Below, in pieces: positions 57,829 to 64,000 of a DNA stretch of 64,000 bases; position 1 is the first letter of the stretch, and every line of letters begins with the position of its first letter. Below the pieces are notes generated by a model that was given only the letters and a program-made list of their open reading frames with translations, was not told the origin of the DNA and did no database searches. The stretch is from Cladosporium halotolerans (lineage: Eukaryota). The DNA lies in the NCBI RefSeq assembly GCF_011745625.1, contig NW_027191495.1, positions 62,001-126,000 of the forward strand, read 5' to 3'. A program made the translations under genes and the position numbers.

Positions 57829-58719
57829 TTACGAAGCGCTCTCCCGCTTGCCCTTGAGGAACTCGTCGAACCACTGCACGGCCTGCAGGAAGGCGGCCTC
57901 CTTGGCGAACTTGACGTGCGGCTTGCTGACGTCGGCGCGTACGGCGAAACCGTGCTCCACACCGGAGTACAGGCACATCTGGTAAGGGATACTGTTCATC
58001 TCTTTGAGCAGCTGCTCGGTCTTGTGGCGCTTCTCTTCGGGGAAGATGGAGTCGGTTTCTAATCGAAGTCAGCATTCTACCTGGTCGTTTTTGTGGGAGG
58101 GAAGTTACGCACCAGCAGCAGCGATGGACAGAGGACCGGTCATGCCCTTGATTTCCTCCTCATCGACAAAAGAAGGGTGCGCGGTGTAGCCGACGTCGAC
58201 GCCCTTACCCTTAGCCAGGAAGCGGGCGACGTACTTGCCGCCGAAGCAGTAGCCGACGGCGCCGATCTTCTTTGCGCCCTGCTCCTTCATGTAGGCCAGC
58301 GTCTTCTCGACGATCGGGTCGACGCTGTCCGGCAGGTGGCCCTTGCCCTCGGGCCCGCCCTTCTGCAGCCAGTTCATGATGTCGAAGCCCGGCGGGCCGT
58401 TGAGCTTGACGGGGTCGCCCTGGAAGAGGTCGGGCATGACGACCCAGTAGCCGTTGGCGGCGAATTGGTCGGCGATCAGCTGGGCGTTGATGAACTCGTG
58501 GCCGATCACGTCGGGGAGGATGACGATAGCGTTGGAGGTGTCTTTGGATTCGGGGTAGGTGATGTAGGCGGGGACTGGTGGTGGTCAGATGTGCTGTTGG
58601 ATTGGGTTGGACAGGAGGGTTGTAGACGCACTGCCGTTGACGGTCTTGATCTCGCCCTTGGACTGGCCTTCATGCTTGACACCAACGGTGCAGCACTTTC
58701 CGGGCGGGTTGGAGGCCAT
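57829..58719 (-). CDS. Dienelactone hydrolase family protein (Aim2-like), 3 coding exons
   Basis: MASNPPGKCCTVGVKHEG, NAQLIADQFAANGY, GYCFGGKY, AHPSFV, VEHGFAVR. Confidence 0.9.
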
Positions 58720-59408
58720 TGTGGTAGTTTTGGTGTGTGGATGTGGGATGGAAGCGGTGGTAGTAAGGCTGCGTATGGCTATGAGCGATGTGTTGTAGCT
58801 AGAAGTTGTTGGTAATGAGGTACTCACCTGTTCCTTATAATCTACGTGAGAAGACAAAGCAGAGTCGATTGGGGGATATCCGCAGAGACAAAAGTACGTA
58901 GCACTGCCGCGGGGTGTTTGGGTACGTTATCCGCCGACTCGGGCGGCGGGCATAGCTCGCTCTCTGCTCACCTAAGCCAACCCCACCAACCACATCATCC
59001 CCGCGATATCGGTGCCGTTTGCCGCCCACCGCCTGGCACATGGAGGCACATCGTCTGCCTTGATCGGAGGGGCCTCATTAGCATCTCGGAGATATCTTGA
59101 ATAATTCCAGTTGAACAGGGCCATGCATTCAAGCATCATTCGTCTTGCCTGGGAATGCCTGTGAACGCATCTTCACTGTGCCCCGCGTTTGCCGAAGGAG
59201 GGCGAAAAAGAAGCTTTCGCCTAGCCCTGCAACGCGATGTACGTCACACAGCGCAGCTCCCACGCCTTGGGCGGCAAACACGTTCTAGCCCACAGGAACA
59301 CTGCAGCCTGCAGCAACCGTACATGCTCACGCACATGTCAACTCTCTGCTTCTGAAAAAAGTAACTATACCTTGCAGCGCCTGGTATAACAAGACATTCT
59401 CTTCCACC

Positions 59409-61826
59409 ATGGCGTCCTGCCCGCACGTGGCGACTGCCAACATTGCCCCACCAAAACCCACCGACTCTGTTTACCGCGAGGACTGCACGCTCTGTTTCGA
59501 CAACATCGACCAGCCCGACGGTCTCGATGTATGTCTCCACTGCTTCAACGGTGGCTGCGCCGGCGAGCGGGTCCACGGCCGTCAGCACGCCCAGCAGGCA
59601 CAACATCCTCTCGCCGTAAACATCAAGCGCACCCGCAAGCGCAAGCACCGCGAAGAGCCGCCACAGAAACTCACGAAGCTCGCCATCGCCGCTGAGACGG
59701 AGGAAGATCGATATGAGACGACAACTGAAGTGAAGTGCTTTGAGTGTGGGGTCGAGGGCATCGAAAAGCAGGGGAAGCTGGGCGAGGTGGTCGAAGGGGT
59801 GCTAAAGGCAAATACCTTTGCGAAGCAAGAAGAGGTGAAAGCGTGGGAGCTGGAGATGACACCTTGTGAGCACACTTTGTGCTTGGAGCAGGAAGCTGCG
59901 AGGCAGATCCCTAGTGGCGATCTGGGCCACTGCAAGAACTGCGACCTCAAGGAGAACCTGTGGCTGTGTTTGACTTGTGGCAATTTGGGATGCGGCAGGA
60001 AGCAGTACATGGGAACGGCGCCTGGAAACAATCACCAAGTCGAGCACAACGAGGCCACCAAGCATCCCGTGGCTGTCAAGCTGGGGAGCATATCGGCTGA
60101 GGGTAATGCGGATATCTACTGCTATGCTTGCAACGAGGAGCGCACAGATCCTGAGCTCGTGGCTCACTTGGCACACTGGGGGATTGATCTGTCTGGAAGA
60201 CAGAAGACGGAGAAGAGCATGGCAGAATTGAACATTGAGCAGAACTTGCACTACGATTTTAGCATGACGAATGCGGACGGGAAGGAGCTTGAGCCCATGT
60301 TCGGACCAAGCCTCACAGGGCTCAAGAATCTGGGTAACAGCTGCTACCTGGCTTCCGTTACCCAAGCGCTGTTCAGTACTCCGGAGTTTGCGAAGAGATA
60401 CTATCGACCTGACGAGCCAATTCCTGCGACTGGCAAACCGGCCGAGGATCTGGAGATCCAGCTTCGGAAGATGGCTGACGGTCTTATGTCAGGTCGCTAC
60501 AGCCATCCGGACACTGATGCGTTTGCCTCAGAAGAGACGTCTGAGCAGCACTATCAGAGGGGTCTGGCCCCTGCTATGCTCAAGCATCTGATCGGCCGCG
60601 GCCACTCCGAGTTCAGCACCATGAGACAGCAGGACGCGTTTGAGTTCCTTCTTCATCTTCTCAAACTGGTCAGCCGCTCGCAACAATTTGCAAGAGGTCT
60701 CTACAAAGACGTCTCCGACCCTGTCGATGCCTTCCGCTTCGTCATGGAGCAAAAGCTACAATGCCAGGGCTGCAAGAAAGTCCGCTACCGTCAAGACGAG
60801 ATGGAGAACATTTCCGTCGCCGTCCCCATCAAACGCCTGCCCCAAAAAGACACGCAAATGGCCGATGGCGTCAAGGAGACCGATGAAAAGGACAAAGAAG
60901 AGTTCGAGCCCGTCACCCTACAGCAGTGCCTGGACGACTTCACCGCCGCCGAGACCGTCGAGCTGACCTGCTCCGCCTGCAACAACAAGGGCTTCACCAA
61001 ACAATCCCTCTTCAAAACCTTCCCCACCATCCTCGCCGTCAACGCCCGCCGCTTCGAGATCGTCAACTGGGTCCCCACAAAGCAAGACGTCCCCGTCATC
61101 GTCGACGACTCCCCCATCGACTTCGAACCCTACCGCGGCAAAGGCAAGCAGCCTGACGAAGAGGAGCTGCCCGACGACGAAGCCGCCGGTGCAGCCGGCC
61201 CAAACACCTTCGTCCCCAACGAAGTCGCCCTCGAAATGCTCACAAGCATGGGCTTCCCGCGCCCGCGCTGCGAGAAGGCCCTGCACGCCACCGGCAACCA
61301 AGACCCGGAGGCCGCCACGACTTGGCTCTTCGAGCACATGGACGACCCGGACATCGACGCGCCGCTCGACCTCGGGGGCGGCTCGTCCGCCGGTGCGGGC
61401 GCGAGCGCTGCCGATCCAGAGAAAATTGAAAACCTGGGCGCCATGGGATTCTCCGCCCCGCAGGCTCGCCAGGCTCTCAAGGAAACCGGCGGCGACATGG
61501 AGCGTGCGGTGGACTGGTTGTTTAGTCACCCGGACGCCACTGGTGACTTTGGCGACGAAGCAGCCGAACCCGCTCCCGCCGAAGAGGCTCCCAAAGCCGA
61601 AGTGGAGGACTCGCGCCCCGCGCGCTTCTCGCTCAGCAGCATCGTGTGCCACAAGGGGTCGTCGATCCACGCTGGGCACTACGTGGCTTTTGTGAAGAAG
61701 GAGTTGCCCGACGGGCAAGGAAGCGACTGGGTGCTTTTCAACGATGAGAAAGTGGCGAGGGGCGGGGACGTGGGGGAGATGAAGAAGTTTGCTTACGTTT
61801 ATCTCTTTAGGAGGGAGGGATCGTAG
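59409..61826 (+). CDS. UBP14: Ubiquitin C-terminal hydrolase 14 (isopeptidase T/USP5 ortholog)
   Basis: VYREDCTLCFD, ZnF-UBP LWLCLTCGNLGCGR, Cys box GLKNLGNSCY, two UBA domains (MGF), His box HAGHYV. Confidence 0.96.
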   Translation: MASCPHVATANIAPPKPTDSVYREDCTLCFDNIDQPDGLDVCLHCFNGGCAGERVHGRQHAQQAQHPLAVNIKRTRKRKHREEPPQKLTKLAIAAETEEDRYETTTEVKCFECGVEGIEKQGKLGEVVEGVLKANTFAKQEEVKAWELEMTPCEHTLCLEQEAARQIPSGDLGHCKNCDLKENLWLCLTCGNLGCGRKQYMGTAPGNNHQVEHNEATKHPVAVKLGSISAEGNADIYCYACNEERTDPELVAHLAHWGIDLSGRQKTEKSMAELNIEQNLHYDFSMTNADGKELEPMFGPSLTGLKNLGNSCYLASVTQALFSTPEFAKRYYRPDEPIPATGKPAEDLEIQLRKMADGLMSGRYSHPDTDAFASEETSEQHYQRGLAPAMLKHLIGRGHSEFSTMRQQDAFEFLLHLLKLVSRSQQFARGLYKDVSDPVDAFRFVMEQKLQCQGCKKVRYRQDEMENISVAVPIKRLPQKDTQMADGVKETDEKDKEEFEPVTLQQCLDDFTAAETVELTCSACNNKGFTKQSLFKTFPTILAVNARRFEIVNWVPTKQDVPVIVDDSPIDFEPYRGKGKQPDEEELPDDEAAGAAGPNTFVPNEVALEMLTSMGFPRPRCEKALHATGNQDPEAATTWLFEHMDDPDIDAPLDLGGGSSAGAGASAADPEKIENLGAMGFSAPQARQALKETGGDMERAVDWLFSHPDATGDFGDEAAEPAPAEEAPKAEVEDSRPARFSLSSIVCHKGSSIHAGHYVAFVKKELPDGQGSDWVLFNDEKVARGGDVGEMKKFAYVYLFRREGS

Positions 61827-62268
61827 GCTTCCATAGGCCTGGACGGGGGAGTTGTGGTGTCTGTTGAAGTGAGGTGAGGTGGTGTTTGAGGTGTTTTTGA
61901 GGGTTGGTAGGGAGCATTGGGTGCATGGCGTGGCGTGGCAGCATGAGAGATGTGATGAGACGACGACCGGGATAGATGAGATGAGCATGAGCATGAGCGA
62001 TGAATGCGAAAATGAAGATACATTAGTTTTGGGTCTTGATACGGTCCAAAAACACGTTCTACCAGTAACTTTCGCCCACAGGAGCGTTTCATCTGAATTT
62101 GTACGTTTTGCTTCTTCCCAATGGTTACGTTACATAGGCTCAACTTATACAAAGACCTCCGCTCGCGGAAGCCAGAAAATTGAAATGCGGAAGTCCGTTT
62201 TCATCTGGCAATACAGTCATATCGCTTCCTCTACGCCAGCAGATTGGCCGATCAAAATGCGTTCCTCT

Positions 62269-63635
62269 CTACAAGTACTTCTTCGGCGCGCTATCGCGGC
62301 GCTTCTTGTACACGATGTACGCGCCGGCAAGCATGATTTGCACGGCGACGACGACGGCGATGAACATGCCCATCTTGGGCGCGGAGGAGGTGATGACTGC
62401 GCAGAAATGTCAGCCTTGATTCCACGGTATCACCAGAAAACGTTCAAAAACTTACTGTCCCCCAGCCTGGCCGGCAAGCTCTCCGAAAGCGTCGACTGCA
62501 GCTCGCTCAAATGCGCGCGGTAGTCCTTACTCTCCACATCCTTCAGCACGCGCTCAACCGTCCGCTCGATATTCTCGATCCGGCGATCCATACGGTCCAG
62601 CTGCTCGCTGCGCGGCGGGCCCGCCGGCGCGCCGCCCTGCCCCGCCGAAGAACCACTCTGCGGCTGCGTAGCAAGTACCGACGACAACTCCGCGTGCCGC
62701 TCGTCGATCTTCTTGCCCAGCGCGTCGAACAGCGCGTACATGTCGGCGACCTGGTGCGTGAGGCCCTGCAGGCGGTTGTGCAGGTCGGTGAACTGCTCGG
62801 CCTGCGAGCGGAGCGTGTCCGCGTCGGTGTCCGGGAGGGCCTCCGGGGAGCCGGGGAGGACGCGCAGGCGGTCGGCGAGAGGGTTGTTGCGCTGCTGTTG
62901 CTGGACGGGCGGGCCGGATTGGTAGGAGCTGCCGCTGGGGGCCAGAGCGGTGGCGAGGAACTTGTAGATCTCGAAGGAGTCTGGGTTCTCGGCAGTCGCG
63001 GCTGTGATGCCGAAGTAGTTGTTGGGCGGGAGGGCGATGCGGGCGGTGCTGAAGCACACGCGGCCGTCGATGGAGACCGTCAGGCCGTTTTGGGAGGTGA
63101 TGCGGAGCTTGCTGGGCTCGCCGAGGTTGCGATAGCTGTAGTCGCAGTGGCCGAAGGCGAGGGATTCGACGGCGGCGTGGGCCTTGAAGTTCTGGCTGCC
63201 GTCGTTGAGGAAGCCTCGAATGCTGCCGCCGCGGTTGCCGTACTGGTCGATCACGATCGCCAGGCCATCGAACTTCTCAACGGTGTAGATGCTGTTTTGC
63301 GCGATCTGGTCTTTGTTGCTCGCGAGCCAGAGCTGGAGGTTTCCGGACCCTTGGTCCTGGCCGTTGGTGCGGAATTCGAAGTCGACCGTCCAGTCGGAGG
63401 CGGTGATGGCGTTGTCTGCCCATAGGGCTCCCCTGGTGTTGGAGGGCACGGGAGGGGTCAGGATGATACGATCGCTGAGCAGCTGTGGCGAATGATTCTG
63501 GCTGCTGACACTCCATCCAGGGAGGCCTCGGCCGTTTGGTGATATCCGGTCGCCATGGCCAAACGATAGGTTATCTATGATCTGTGCGGATGCAGAGCTC
63601 GCGAGGAGCAGGGCGAGAGATGTAGGAGACCGCAT
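62269..63635 (-). CDS. EMP47: L-type lectin cargo receptor Emp47/ERGIC-53-like; one intron near 62398-62455
   Basis: Signal peptide, FDGLAIVIDQY, FGHCDYSYRN, YFGITAATAENPDSFE, coiled coil, TM and C-terminal KKYL dilysine signal. Confidence 0.9.
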
Positions 63636-64000
63636 GGTATACTTCCGTCCCGGTGTATCTGCTCGTGCGTATGTCCACAATATCCAATTGTTGTCCTTAT
63701 GCAGAAGTCTTGATCTTTAGGTAGACAGAAGCGGCGCTAGAATCGTCAAAGTCCAGATGAATTGGTCGTGAGTGTATCGTTCGTTCGTGACTAAGGGTTC
63801 CTTGTTAGATGGTCAATTCTCAATTGCGACAGCCTACACGTGGTTGCTTCCAACTTGCACATACAATGCTTTGTGTCGTCCAATGGTCTATTCCCTCCTA
63901 TTCCCAAAGCTTCCAAAGAGACCCCGCGTGACAGTGACGGCGACCCAGCCAACGACTACCACTGTAACAATCAATCTGGTTTCGCGGGCAATATCAATAA

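Overview
Gene-dense euchromatic DNA from a filamentous ascomycete (Pezizomycotina, probably a Dothideomycete; inferred from short GT-AG introns with CTRAC branch points and gene content). About 28 protein genes and one intron-containing tRNA-Asn(GTT) can be supported. Most are housekeeping: MPE1, ayg1, RPL19, INH1, hexokinase, ISU1, POL5, cdc25, CUL3, ZIM17, MRM2, a TBC Rab-GAP, cytochrome b561, thioredoxin, two dienelactone hydrolases, SLD5, a Rieske oxygenase, UBP14 and EMP47. The stand-out is an accessory-looking island next to the tRNA (about 45.9-52 kb). It holds an atypical protein kinase converging on a CorA-like two-TM protein that lacks the GMN Mg2+ motif, preceded by a tiny three-exon protein; this is a candidate undescribed signalling/immunity or cell-death module. 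The window also shows repeated local switches from C-rich to G-rich sequence. No transposon, rRNA or CRISPR array was seen. Family assignments come from motif recognition, not database searches.
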